Positions 10,116 through 20,147 are shown, counted from the stretch's first letter. The stretch is DNA of 64,000 nt from a virus (IMGVR_UViG_3300032242_000738:20220-84219); one strand, 5' to 3'. Numbers and translations: made by a program. The notes: generated from the sequence alone by a model not told the origin.

Positions 10116-11309
10116 ATGGCAACACGTAAACCCATAAAGAAAATCATTAAAGCTAGTGATTATTCACAGGTTAAGACACTTAACCCTAAAGACCCGGATA
10201 CAGAATATTTAGGTCCTGAACCTATGTTTGCCGTACAGCCCGATGCAGATAGACGCCGAGTAGCACTTATGCGTAGTTTTACTTGGTATGGACGTTTTTA
10301 TGGTAAGAAAGATGCTAAAGAATTCTTAGCACAATACTTAGACCTACGTGACCGCCCACAAGAAGCTAAAATCATGCGTAAGATTGATGAGAAAGAATGT
10401 ATCAATACACTATGCTGGTTAGCACGTATGGAATTGCGTGGATTAGAACTGTCCGAAACAGAATCAGATACACTACAAAACGAAATTGTACGATTGCTTG
10501 AAACTATTAATAAGCCACAAGTAGTTGAAGCTTCAATTACCGGTGCACCTGAAGTTCCCACAAGACCTAATATTCAGGAAATTCTTAAAGATAAAGCACG
10601 TGAAGCCGGTGGTGAACTTGAAGGACTGTTTGATGAATATATTACATCAGGCGCCGGAACAAAACATACATTACGTCCAATTGACGAAGTGGCTAAAAAG
10701 AATGTAATGCCACAACATATCAGTATGTTGACCGAAGTATGGAAAAAGAAATTGAATGAGATTGAAGAGGTACTGAAAGGTACGGATAGTCAATTGGTTC
10801 AGGGATATCAGCATCTATCCAAAACACAACTAAAGAATGTTGTAAAGTTTATTGAATTGGTCATCAATGATTTAAACAGTTATATTAGTGTTAAGAAAGC
10901 GGCAAAAGCACCACGTGCCCGAAAAGCTGTTCCTGTAGAGAAACAGGTGGCAAAATTGAAATATCTGAAAACATTTGTAGATACTGCAAATAAGCTTGAT
11001 TTAGTAAGTGTCAGTCCTATCAAACTACATGGTGCAAGTGAAGCTTGGGTATATGATACCGCAAAGCGTAAACTACATCATTATGTTGCAGATGAATATA
11101 GCAAAACATTTACTGTTAAAGGTAGCACATTGTTAGGTTTTGATACTGCACAAAGTGAAACTAAGACATTGAGAAAGCCGAGTGAACAGATTAAAGAAGT
11201 TATGGGTAGCAAGCCGGCTGCACGTAAATTCTACAAAGATATTAAAGCAGTTAGCACAACACCTAATGGTCGCTTTAATGAGAATATGATTATACTGAAA
11301 GCATTTTAA
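10116..11309 (+). CDS. conserved T4-superfamily phage protein of unknown function (early)
   Basis: 397-aa ORF with strong SD; C-terminal WVYDT...KTLRKP...NGRFNE motif. Confidence 0.6.
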   Translation: MATRKPIKKIIKASDYSQVKTLNPKDPDTEYLGPEPMFAVQPDADRRRVALMRSFTWYGRFYGKKDAKEFLAQYLDLRDRPQEAKIMRKIDEKECINTLCWLARMELRGLELSETESDTLQNEIVRLLETINKPQVVEASITGAPEVPTRPNIQEILKDKAREAGGELEGLFDEYITSGAGTKHTLRPIDEVAKKNVMPQHISMLTEVWKKKLNEIEEVLKGTDSQLVQGYQHLSKTQLKNVVKFIELVINDLNSYISVKKAAKAPRARKAVPVEKQVAKLKYLKTFVDTANKLDLVSVSPIKLHGASEAWVYDTAKRKLHHYVADEYSKTFTVKGSTLLGFDTAQSETKTLRKPSEQIKEVMGSKPAARKFYKDIKAVSTTPNGRFNENMIILKAF

Positions 11310-11743
11310 TGAGTAATATTGATTTAAACAGATACAAAGATTTTGTAGAACAAGTAACTAGTCAACCTAGTGATGATTTGACTACATTCATAAACCGTCT
11401 TGATGAACTTGATGGTAATTACATTGGTGATGGTGTTCATGGACCTAATATCAATGTACCATTATTATTGACTGCATGTTTAGGACTTGCAGCCGAAAGT
11501 GGCGAATTCATTGAAGTGCCCAAGAAGATGTTTTTTCAGGGTAAACCGCTCAATGAAGAAAATCTATTTCACATGAAACGTGAATTAGGTGACATTATGT
11601 GGTATTGGATCAATGCATGTAGAGCATTGAATCTTGATCCAAATGATGTTATTGATGAGAATGTGCGTAAATTAGAAAGTCGCTATCCCGGTGGCTCGTT
11701 TGATGCACATTATAGTGAAAATCGTAAAGAAGGTGACTTATGA
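11309..11743 (+). CDS. mazG: MazG-like nucleotide pyrophosphohydrolase
   Basis: GLAAESGEF...KRELGDIMWY...NVRKLESRYP. Confidence 0.9.
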   Translation: MSNIDLNRYKDFVEQVTSQPSDDLTTFINRLDELDGNYIGDGVHGPNINVPLLLTACLGLAAESGEFIEVPKKMFFQGKPLNEENLFHMKRELGDIMWYWINACRALNLDPNDVIDENVRKLESRYPGGSFDAHYSENRKEGDL

Positions 11744-12336
11744 AAGCTAAAATTAAATCTCTAAAAGTAAATTTATCTGAGGTGGATTTTGTAGATCCAT
11801 CAAAGGTAAATGATGGTACTAATGGTAAAATCCTTGAACAAGCAATGATTGAACAAGGATTCCCTGTAGACACACAAGGAACAGTAGATTTGCCGGGTGT
11901 TGAAGTTAAAAGCAGGAAAGCAACTACAAATTGTATGCATACAGTTGGTACTATGACATATGATGATATCATTAACACACCCTGGGATCAAATTCCTTTG
12001 AAAGATAAGCTACAAAAACAATATCGTGTTACTATTGATAAGGATGAAACAACAGATACAATTAATGCCACCGGCAAAGTTGTAGATTTAACTGATCCGG
12101 AGATTCAAGAAAGATTTAAAGAGGCATATGAAAAGAATCGTGCAGTACTTATTGCACAAGGTAAAATTCATAAAGGTCAAACTATCACTGCCGGTGGACA
12201 GTATGGCGCATTAGAACATAAACCTACTAAAACCGGTAAAGGTAAAAGTTATGCAATACGTATTCCAAATTCAGGTATGAAAAAAGTACTTAATATTGCC
12301 AATAGTACATACTCTACTTTGTTTGAAGAAGTCTAA
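11740..12336 (+). CDS. putative PD-(D/E)xK restriction-like endonuclease
   Basis: GKILE...VDLPGVEVKSR resembles the (P)D...(E/D)xK catalytic pattern. Confidence 0.5.
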   Translation: MKAKIKSLKVNLSEVDFVDPSKVNDGTNGKILEQAMIEQGFPVDTQGTVDLPGVEVKSRKATTNCMHTVGTMTYDDIINTPWDQIPLKDKLQKQYRVTIDKDETTDTINATGKVVDLTDPEIQERFKEAYEKNRAVLIAQGKIHKGQTITAGGQYGALEHKPTKTGKGKSYAIRIPNSGMKKVLNIANSTYSTLFEEV

Positions 12337-12337
12337 T

Positions 12338-12379
12338 CATATATGTTTCCTGATAAATATAAGTTAGGAAACATATATG
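12338..12379 (+). promoter_or_regulatory. late promoter inside a perfect 14-bp RBS/ATG-sequestering hairpin
   Basis: CATATATGTTTCCT-(GATAAATA in loop)-AGGAAACATATATG. Confidence 0.8.
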
Positions 12380-13345
12380 TCAATAACAATTACAGGTGGA
12401 ATAACTTTTGGTAGTGTAGGTGGTGTAAGTATTATTGCACCGCCCGGTGGCACTCAAAAGGCTATATTTGGATATGGTGCAAATTCTGGTGCCATAGCTG
12501 TTAAAATAACTAACTTAGTAAGTAATACCGGTGTTGTTGCTACGGATACCGCAGGCGCAGGTACAGCTAGGCTTTCTCTATCAGCCTCTATATACGGCGG
12601 TGATAAAGCTGTATTTGGGTATGGTGCGGATACCGGCGGAGGTGCATTATCAATGACCAATCTAGTAAGTAATACAGGTGTGGTAGCGACAGATACAACC
12701 GGTGTTGGTATTACTAGGTTTTCATTAGCCGCGGCAGGCTATGGCACAGATAAAGCTATATTTGGATATGGCGCAAATTCTGGTGCTACGTCAATATCAA
12801 TAACCAACTTAGTATCAAATGCCGGTGTAGTAGCTACAGATACAACAGGTGTTGGTACTGCTAGACGATATCTTGCTGCCGCCGGCTATGGTACAGATAA
12901 AGCTATATTTGGATATGGTGAAGATAGCGGTGGCGGTACATTGTCAATGACTAACTTAGTAAATAATACCGGTGTTGTTGCTACAAATACCACAGGTGTC
13001 GGCACTGATAGAAGTCACCTTGCAGCCACAGGATATGGTAGTTCAGGACAGGCTATATTTGGATATGGATCAAATTCCGGCGGTATTGGAGTAAAAATAA
13101 CCAACCTAATAAGTAATACCGGTGTTGTTGCTACTGATACTACAGGAGTAGGCTCTGCTAGGCTTTCTCTATCAGCCTCTATATACGGCGGTGATAAAGC
13201 TGTATTTGGGTATGGTGCGGATACCGGCGGAGGTGCATTATCAATGACCAATCTAGTAAGTAATACAGGAGTAGTTGCTACAGATACAGCTGGTGTAGGT
13301 ACTGCTAGATATGGATTAGCAGCCGCAGGGTATTCATTAACCTAA
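12377..13345 (+). CDS. six-repeat (about 49 aa) beta-propeller-like virion accessory protein
   Basis: Repeats of KAIFGYG...TNLVSNTGVVATDTTGVGTAR..LAA. Confidence 0.7.
   Translation: MSITITGGITFGSVGGVSIIAPPGGTQKAIFGYGANSGAIAVKITNLVSNTGVVATDTAGAGTARLSLSASIYGGDKAVFGYGADTGGGALSMTNLVSNTGVVATDTTGVGITRFSLAAAGYGTDKAIFGYGANSGATSISITNLVSNAGVVATDTTGVGTARRYLAAAGYGTDKAIFGYGEDSGGGTLSMTNLVNNTGVVATNTTGVGTDRSHLAATGYGSSGQAIFGYGSNSGGIGVKITNLISNTGVVATDTTGVGSARLSLSASIYGGDKAVFGYGADTGGGALSMTNLVSNTGVVATDTAGVGTARYGLAAAGYSLT
12566..13269 (+). repeat. identical 113-bp direct repeat within the propeller gene
   Basis: 12566-12678 is identical to 13157-13269. Confidence 0.85.
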
Positions 13346-13401
13346 AAATCATAATTATTATCTATAGTTTCCTGATAAATACAATATACAGGTAAACAAC
13401 T

Positions 13402-14199
13402 ATGACAATATCATCAACAGCAAATATCCTATCTACACCATCTGGTCTACGACTAGATGAACTAAAACAGGCACTATTCCAAAACATTAGATATCGTCTA
13501 GGTGATGGTATCATTGACTTAGAATTAGATCCTCAACACTATGAGGCTGCTTATAACTATGCTATTAAAGTATATCGTCAAAGAGCACAAAACGCTACAT
13601 CAGAATCTTATACTCTTTTTACAATAGAAAAAAACGTAGATACTTATACACTTCCTAGTGAATTCATCAATGTACGCTGTTTATATCGTAGAACAGTTGG
13701 TCTTGAAACAGGGCCAGGTTCTAGCAGTTTTGATCCATTCAGTAGTGCTATTCTTAATACATACTTACTAAACTATAACTATGCAGGTGGTATGGCAACA
13801 TATGACTTTTATGCTGGTTATGTTGAATTAGCCGCACGTATGTTTGGTGGTTATGTTGTATATACATTTGATCCAGTAACAAAAGTTTTACGTATAGTTC
13901 GTGATCCAAAAGGTAGTGGTGAACGTGTTCTTATTTGGGCAGACATACAACGAACAGAAGAAGTATTATTACAGGATCCGGGCGCTGGTGTTTGGATTGG
14001 CGACTTTGTGTTAGCTAATCTTAAAGTAATTATCGGTGAAGCACGTGAGAAATTTGCTAGTATTGCAGGGCCAGGTGGTGGAACAAGTTTAAATGGTGCA
14101 GCCATGAAAGCTGAAGGAAAGGCTGCAATGGAACTATGTATTGACGAACTCAAACGTTATGTAGATTATAGTCAACCACTAACTTGGGTACAGGGCTAA
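13402..14199 (+). CDS. neck protein, T4 gp13-like
   Basis: RLGDGIIDLELD and GEAREKFASIAGPGGGTSLNG motifs; late promoter at 13374-13381. Confidence 0.8.
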   Translation: MTISSTANILSTPSGLRLDELKQALFQNIRYRLGDGIIDLELDPQHYEAAYNYAIKVYRQRAQNATSESYTLFTIEKNVDTYTLPSEFINVRCLYRRTVGLETGPGSSSFDPFSSAILNTYLLNYNYAGGMATYDFYAGYVELAARMFGGYVVYTFDPVTKVLRIVRDPKGSGERVLIWADIQRTEEVLLQDPGAGVWIGDFVLANLKVIIGEAREKFASIAGPGGGTSLNGAAMKAEGKAAMELCIDELKRYVDYSQPLTWVQG

Positions 14200-15369
14200 A
14201 TGAGAGCCAATGAATTCATAACAGAAGTCAGAGATCGGATGTATCAATACATCCGAAGCATTGTTCCTACATGGCCAGAATATGTTGTGCAAGACTTGTT
14301 GTATAAAGGTCGCGGTAAAAATAAAAATTATAATGTCAATAGTGATGTCAAAGGCGAAATCCTTGAAATGATTGCGGACGCAGGACTAAGTCCCAACACT
14401 AACCCTTGGCAACTTGTGCCCAACATGAAGTTTACCATGGATATGTTTACTCCAAAGACCAAACAGAATTTAATAGCAAGGGCTGGCGGAAAAAGTGATT
14501 TAGGTATGGGCATACCAAAAGATGCTGAAAGACATGCTACACAAGCCGCACTTGTTCAACAAGTAGGTGTGAGTAAAGAACCAGTGATCTTAATAAAAAC
14601 ACCACACGGATATGCTCTACCAGAAGGTTGGCACAGAACTATACAACACTTTGCCAAGTATCCTGACGGATATACGGGTCCTGCTTATGTAGCAGTGGCA
14701 CATGGTCAGAACAGTTTGGAGGAAGGCTTGGAAGATTATGAAGGTATAAAAATCAAGTTCAGCAAAGATTCTAATGGAGTAGCAATCAAAGCATTATCAA
14801 ATGACAGCAACAAAGTATTAGGAAGTGTTGAACTATTTTTCAACGAAAAGGGACAGTTAGAACCGCAAGACCTTTGGGTCAATGATCGTTATCAAGGACA
14901 AGGCATTGCTAAAGCAATGTATGACTTTTTAAAAAATAAAGGCTACACTATTATTAGAAGTTGGGATCAAACTGACGCAGGTGCAGGATTTTGGAACAAG
15001 CACAAAGGCACAGGGGTCAATGTCTGGGAACAAGGTGTGGCGGAAGGCATCTCAAACGACATGTCTACAAAAGATATGATTGCATATCTAAGACAACACC
15101 ATGATACAAATCTACATCAAGATTATCTAAATCACATAAACACATTTAGCAAGTTTGTGTTACAAAATGTTCCTGTAAATTCAATCAAAACAAATTTGCC
15201 TAAACTAGATCCTGCAAAAGTAGAACAATACAAACAAATGGATTTTAGTAAGGCTCCTCCTATTGTAATGGGCGGGGGATATATTTTAGATGGTTACCAC
15301 AGAGCCAACGTAGCAAAAGCATTGGGTATTCCTACTATTAAAGCCTATGTTGGTATCACAACAAAATAA
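14200..15369 (+). CDS. modular polyprotein: ParB/Srx-like + GNAT-like + ParB/Srx-like
   Basis: Leader MRANEFITE; EPVILI...LPEGWHR; linker NSLEEG; LWVNDRYQGQGIAKAMY (GNAT motif A); linker EQGVAEG; PPIVM...ILDGYHRA. Confidence 0.75.
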   Translation: MRANEFITEVRDRMYQYIRSIVPTWPEYVVQDLLYKGRGKNKNYNVNSDVKGEILEMIADAGLSPNTNPWQLVPNMKFTMDMFTPKTKQNLIARAGGKSDLGMGIPKDAERHATQAALVQQVGVSKEPVILIKTPHGYALPEGWHRTIQHFAKYPDGYTGPAYVAVAHGQNSLEEGLEDYEGIKIKFSKDSNGVAIKALSNDSNKVLGSVELFFNEKGQLEPQDLWVNDRYQGQGIAKAMYDFLKNKGYTIIRSWDQTDAGAGFWNKHKGTGVNVWEQGVAEGISNDMSTKDMIAYLRQHHDTNLHQDYLNHINTFSKFVLQNVPVNSIKTNLPKLDPAKVEQYKQMDFSKAPPIVMGGGYILDGYHRANVAKALGIPTIKAYVGITTK

Positions 15370-15378
15370 CCTAATCTC

Positions 15379-15421
15379 TTTACTTTATAGCTCTCCTGTA
15401 GTATAATATGTATTACAGGAG
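15379..15421 (+). promoter_or_regulatory. sigma70-like promoter within an SD-sequestering hairpin
   Basis: TTTACT-N17-TATAAT (15379-15407); CTCCTGTA (15393-15400) pairs with TACAGGAG (15414-15421). Confidence 0.7.
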
Positions 15422-15428
15422 TTACCAT

Positions 15429-16061
15429 ATGATTATTGGAATTACGGGACTAATTTCGAGCGGCAAAGACACTATTGCCGACTATCTTTGCACATTTCAC
15501 GGGTTCAAGCGTGTTAGTTTTGCGGCATCATTGAAAGATGCAGTAGCAGCCGTCTTTGGTTGGGATAGAGAATACTTAGAAGGTTCAACTAAAAAAAGCA
15601 GAGAATGGCGAGAACAAAAAGACCAATGGTGGAGTGATCGTTTAGGAATGAATATTACACCAAGATGGGTATTACAATACTGGGGAACAGAGGTATGTCG
15701 TAATAACTTTCACAATGATATTTGGGTAGCTAGCGTAGAGAATAAATTACGTCAAACCACTGATAATATTGTAATTACCGATTGTCGTTTTGCTAATGAA
15801 GTAAGTGCAATTAAGAATGCCGGCGGAATTACTATGCGTGTTAGTCGTGGTCTACGTCCAGAATGGTATAGTGCGGCAGTTGATTACAATAATGAACCTG
15901 CAGGTAGCGAATCACATCAAAAAGCTATGGTAGAATTAGCTAATTATGCAGTACATGCCAGTGAATATAGCAGTATTGGATTATTGTATGACCATTATAT
16001 TGATAATAATGGATCAATTGATGATTTGCACAAGCAAGTCAACTCAGTAGTCAACTTGTAA
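15429..16061 (+). CDS. deoxynucleoside monophosphate kinase (T4 gp1-like)
   Basis: MIIGITGLISSGKDT P-loop, TPRWVLQYWGTE, VITDCRF.NE, HASE; start reassigned to the ATG at 15429 after SD AGGAG. Confidence 0.9.
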   Translation: MIIGITGLISSGKDTIADYLCTFHGFKRVSFAASLKDAVAAVFGWDREYLEGSTKKSREWREQKDQWWSDRLGMNITPRWVLQYWGTEVCRNNFHNDIWVASVENKLRQTTDNIVITDCRFANEVSAIKNAGGITMRVSRGLRPEWYSAAVDYNNEPAGSESHQKAMVELANYAVHASEYSSIGLLYDHYIDNNGSIDDLHKQVNSVVNL

Positions 16062-16388
16062 GTCACCACGTTTCCAAGTAACTTCTTTCTTTTTAACTAC
16101 TTCTACACAGTTAAGACATATACTACGTAAGTTAACCAAGTCAGCATTTTCTAAATTACCGTCAATATGAAAGACGGTAATCTGACTTGGGAATAGACTT
16201 TTGAAACCGCATAAATCACATGCGGTTTTTTTCTTATATCCTTTAGTTTTCCATTTAGGATTTCTAGGTTTAAGTTTGTTTTTCTTTCTACCACACTCAT
16301 CACACAAGCTTCTATAGTGTGTTATACCTAGCCGTTTATAGTTAACAGCACAGTGGTTCTTTCCGCAAGTATTACATATAGGTCGCAT
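16044..16388 (-). CDS. Zn-ribbon / HNH-like small protein
   Basis: CxxC pairs and VFHIDGNLEN...NLRSICLNC; start reassigned to MRPIC at 16388, just after TAAATA. Confidence 0.7.
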   Translation of the reverse strand: MRPICNTCGKNHCAVNYKRLGITHYRSLCDECGRKKNKLKPRNPKWKTKGYKKKTACDLCGFKSLFPSQITVFHIDGNLENADLVNLRSICLNCVEVVKKKEVTWKRGDLQVDY

Positions 16389-16508
16389 GATGTATTTACT
16401 CACGGAACCTTCAAAGGCACGGTAAGACTGTCTTTTTAAAGGTATTTGATAAATATTAATATGCAATCAGGTAGTAAACCTCAAAATTTTACATAAAGGA
16501 AATATAAA

Positions 16509-19500
16509 ATGGCATTAACATCTCCAGGCGTAGAAGTACAAATCATTGACCAGAGTCAATACCTTCCAGCCCCAACGAATTCAGTCCCACTTATTTTAGT
16601 AGCAACAGCACAAAACAAAGCTGATGCATCTGGAACAGGTGTAGCAGCCGCGACAACAGCAGCTAACGCAAACAAATTATTCCAAGTAACAAGTCAGAGA
16701 GACTTAGTAAACTTGTATGGTACACCGTTCTTCTATACAACGACAAATGGTACACCAATACAGGGTTATGAGTTAAATGAGTATGGTTTATTAGCAGCCT
16801 ACAGTACATTAGGTGTAACAAATCGTTGTTATGTCTTACGTGCTGATATTGATCTAGCAAGTTTAGTAGGTCAAACAGGTCGTCCAACAGGTAGCCCAGA
16901 CAGTGGTACATATTGGTTAGATACTACAACTAGTACATGGGGTATATATGAATTTAATCAAACTACTGGTCAATTCATGTTACAGAATCCTATTGTTATT
17001 ACAATGGATAGTGATTTAACAGCAGGTGTACCAAACAATAGTATTGGTAATATCGGCGATTATGCTGTAAATGCTATGCAAGCCATGAGTGACCCTGAAG
17101 CGTTAAATGATAGAACATATTTTTACAAAACATCATCAAATGCATGGACAATATTAGGTTCAAGTGCTTGGAAATTAGATGTTCCTACAATACAAGCAAC
17201 ACAATCTAATCCAACATTAGGTGCAGGTGTATTCACTATCAATTTATCTGGTACATCAGGCGTTACTGCAACTATTAATGTTTCTAGTGGCAACACTGTT
17301 GATAATGTTGCATCTACTATTAATGGTTTTGGATGGGCTGGTATGTATGCTGAAGTTCGTAGTGGTAAATTATGTATTTTCAGTAATCAATTTGGCAATG
17401 GTTCTTGTTTAATTATTGCTAATGTATCTGGTACTGCACTTGCAGATATAGGTATTGCAACTGGTCGTTATAATCAGCCTGCATTTGTATATGGTACAAG
17501 TGCCCAAATGCCATTATGGAACACAAGTCAAACAACTCCTCGTCCAACAGGTAGTGTATGGTTAAAAGTTGGATCAGCTGGTACTGGTTTAAGTCCAGCA
17601 CTTTCTGTATACAACGGTGCTACAAATTCTTGGTCAGCTAAGAATGTATCTTTAGCAACAAGTGATTGGGTAGCAAGCGCAAACTTAGATGCTACTGGTG
17701 GTAAAGCAATACTTCCGGGAACTGTATATTGCCAATATGCATTTGATGCAACAGGTGTTAATCCAAGTCAGACTGCTCCTATTTACATGTGGGAAAGAAT
17801 AGCGACAGGTGAAACAGTAGTTACAGGTAATGTAAGTAATCCAATGTTTAATCTTGGTCCATATTACATGGAAGTATCTGTAAGTGTTCCTGGAAGCACA
17901 ACTTTAGACGGTCCATATTATTTTGAATTAGACGATAATAGTGATGCAGTTGATTTTGTAACAGCATGGCAAGCAGCTGGTATATCTTATACAACTGCAA
18001 TGGTAACAACAGACGGTGCTATTCAATTAACACATACTGAAGGTGGTGAAATCATATTAAATGACTTTGTTAATAGCTCATTTACTAATACAAATGCTTC
18101 TAATGGATTAATTGCCGCAGCTGGATTTGTTATAGATACAACATCTGGAGTAAAATATGGTCCTTCTAATACAACATATTTGAATGTTACTGGCACAGGT
18201 GGTACTGGATCAGGAGCTACTTATGACATTCTAGTAACTGCTGGAGTATATATAGTACATAATGCTGGCATAACAAGTCCAGGTGCAGGTGGTTATACAT
18301 TGGGTGATCAAATTACTATACCAGGTACACAACTTGGTGGAACTAGCCCAGCAAATAATTTAGTTGTTGAAATAACATCAGTATCAGTAGGTGGTAACCC
18401 AACATCAATTACTTATGTATCAGGTAATCCTACACATACATATCTAACACAGTTAAGTAACTGGAGAGAGTTCACTTATATTGCTAATGAAGGTGCGCCA
18501 GCAATGGCTCCTGCGAATGATACTAACTGGTTCTATAGTGTAGTAGATCAAGTTGATATTATGGTAAACTTCAGTGGTAACTGGTATGGTTATGGTAATC
18601 GTAACTATGATAGTAACGGATTCCCATTACCAACATTCAGTACATCAGCTACTAATCCAACTGGTCCATTAATTAGTGCAACTGCACCAACAACACAAAG
18701 TGATGGTACTAATTTAGTATACGGTGATATTTGGATTGACACTAGTGATTTAGAAAATTATCCAATTATTAATCGTTGGCAAAGTGTTAATGGTATAAAT
18801 CAATGGGTATTACTTGATAATACAAATCAAACAAGTAGTACAGGTGTAGTATTTGCTGACGCACGTTGGTCAAGTAATCAAAACACTATTAGCCCAGTTG
18901 ATGATCCTATACCAACAATCACTGGCTTATTAGCTAGTAACAACCTTGATTTAGATGCACCTGATCCAACATTATATCCTTCTGGTATGTTGTTATTCAA
19001 CACACGCCGTAGTGGTTATAACGTAAAACAGTTCAGAACTAACTACTTCAATGGTACTAGTTTCCCTGATACACAATTACCATATTACAAAGATACTTGG
19101 GTAACAGTAAGTGGTAATCAAGCAACAGGTGCACCTTACATGGGTCGTAAAGCACAACGTGCAATGGTTGTACAATCATTGAATATGGCAATTGCTACTA
19201 ACACAGCAATACGTGATGAAGATAACTTCTTCAACTTGTTAGCAACACCAAACTATCCAGAACTACAACCTGGTATGATTACATTAAATAATGACCGTGG
19301 TCAAACTGGTTATATTTTAGGTGACACACCGTTGCGTTTACCTGATAGTGCTACTGCAATTCAAGCATGGGCTAACAATGAAGCTGGCGCAGCAAGTACA
19401 GGTGAAGAAGGTTTAGTAACACGTGATACATATATGGGTCTATTCTATCCAAGTGGATTAGCAACTGACTTACAAGGTAATCAAGTTGCAGTACCAGCAT

Positions 19501-20084
19501 CATATATGATGTTGCGTACATTCTTACGTAATGATACGATTAGTTATCCTTGGTTAGCGGCAGCTGGTACTCGTCGTGGTACAATTGACAATGCATTAAG
19601 TATTGGTTACGTTGATAATATGACTGGTGAGTTTATGCCGATCAAGACACGTTTAGGTATACGTGATGTATTGTATATCAATTTCATTAATCCTTTAGTA
19701 TTCTTTACTGGTGTAGGACTATTGAATTATGGTAACAAGACTAGCTTTAATAGTCAAAGTGCGTTAGATAGAACTAACGTTGCACGATTGATTGCTTATA
19801 TACGTAGACAATTAACATTAGCAGCAAGACCGTTTGTATTTGAACCTAACGATGCATTGACACGTAATCAAATCGCAGGTGTTGTACAGTCATTGATGGT
19901 TGATTTAGTTGCTAAACGCGGTCTATACGATTATCTTGTAGTATGTGACGAAAGTAACAATACGCCAGCAAGAATTGATAGAAGTGAACTATGGATAGAT
20001 GTTGCAGTTGAACCTGTTAAGGCAGCTGAATTTATCTATATCCCAGTTCGTATAATGAACACGGGCGCTATTGGTGCTCAATAA
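16509..20084 (+). CDS. contractile tail sheath protein (T4 gp18-like), enlarged
   Basis: N-terminal LTSPGVEV; C-terminal PWLAAAGTRRG, INPL, YGNKT, ALDRTNVARL, FEPND, CDESNNTP, PVKAAEFIYI; late promoter at 16448. Confidence 0.95.
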   Translation: MALTSPGVEVQIIDQSQYLPAPTNSVPLILVATAQNKADASGTGVAAATTAANANKLFQVTSQRDLVNLYGTPFFYTTTNGTPIQGYELNEYGLLAAYSTLGVTNRCYVLRADIDLASLVGQTGRPTGSPDSGTYWLDTTTSTWGIYEFNQTTGQFMLQNPIVITMDSDLTAGVPNNSIGNIGDYAVNAMQAMSDPEALNDRTYFYKTSSNAWTILGSSAWKLDVPTIQATQSNPTLGAGVFTINLSGTSGVTATINVSSGNTVDNVASTINGFGWAGMYAEVRSGKLCIFSNQFGNGSCLIIANVSGTALADIGIATGRYNQPAFVYGTSAQMPLWNTSQTTPRPTGSVWLKVGSAGTGLSPALSVYNGATNSWSAKNVSLATSDWVASANLDATGGKAILPGTVYCQYAFDATGVNPSQTAPIYMWERIATGETVVTGNVSNPMFNLGPYYMEVSVSVPGSTTLDGPYYFELDDNSDAVDFVTAWQAAGISYTTAMVTTDGAIQLTHTEGGEIILNDFVNSSFTNTNASNGLIAAAGFVIDTTSGVKYGPSNTTYLNVTGTGGTGSGATYDILVTAGVYIVHNAGITSPGAGGYTLGDQITIPGTQLGGTSPANNLVVEITSVSVGGNPTSITYVSGNPTHTYLTQLSNWREFTYIANEGAPAMAPANDTNWFYSVVDQVDIMVNFSGNWYGYGNRNYDSNGFPLPTFSTSATNPTGPLISATAPTTQSDGTNLVYGDIWIDTSDLENYPIINRWQSVNGINQWVLLDNTNQTSSTGVVFADARWSSNQNTISPVDDPIPTITGLLASNNLDLDAPDPTLYPSGMLLFNTRRSGYNVKQFRTNYFNGTSFPDTQLPYYKDTWVTVSGNQATGAPYMGRKAQRAMVVQSLNMAIATNTAIRDEDNFFNLLATPNYPELQPGMITLNNDRGQTGYILGDTPLRLPDSATAIQAWANNEAGAASTGEEGLVTRDTYMGLFYPSGLATDLQGNQVAVPASYMMLRTFLRNDTISYPWLAAAGTRRGTIDNALSIGYVDNMTGEFMPIKTRLGIRDVLYINFINPLVFFTGVGLLNYGNKTSFNSQSALDRTNVARLIAYIRRQLTLAARPFVFEPNDALTRNQIAGVVQSLMVDLVAKRGLYDYLVVCDESNNTPARIDRSELWIDVAVEPVKAAEFIYIPVRIMNTGAIGAQ

Positions 20085-20089
20085 AATAT

Positions 20090-20109
20090 GATACCCCGAA
20101 AGGGGTATC
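20090..20109 (+). terminator. GAAA-tetraloop hairpin between sheath and tube genes (terminator or processing/stability stem)
   Basis: GATACCCC-GAAA-GGGGTATC, weak U-tract. Confidence 0.6.
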
Positions 20110-20147
20110 TATTTCTAATAGATAAATATTAATAACAGGAGAAAAAA

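Noticed and set aside
12377-13345. Diversity-generating retroelement TR/VR pair
   Set aside because: The two 113-bp copies are identical rather than differing at adenines, both are coding, and no reverse transcriptase is in the window
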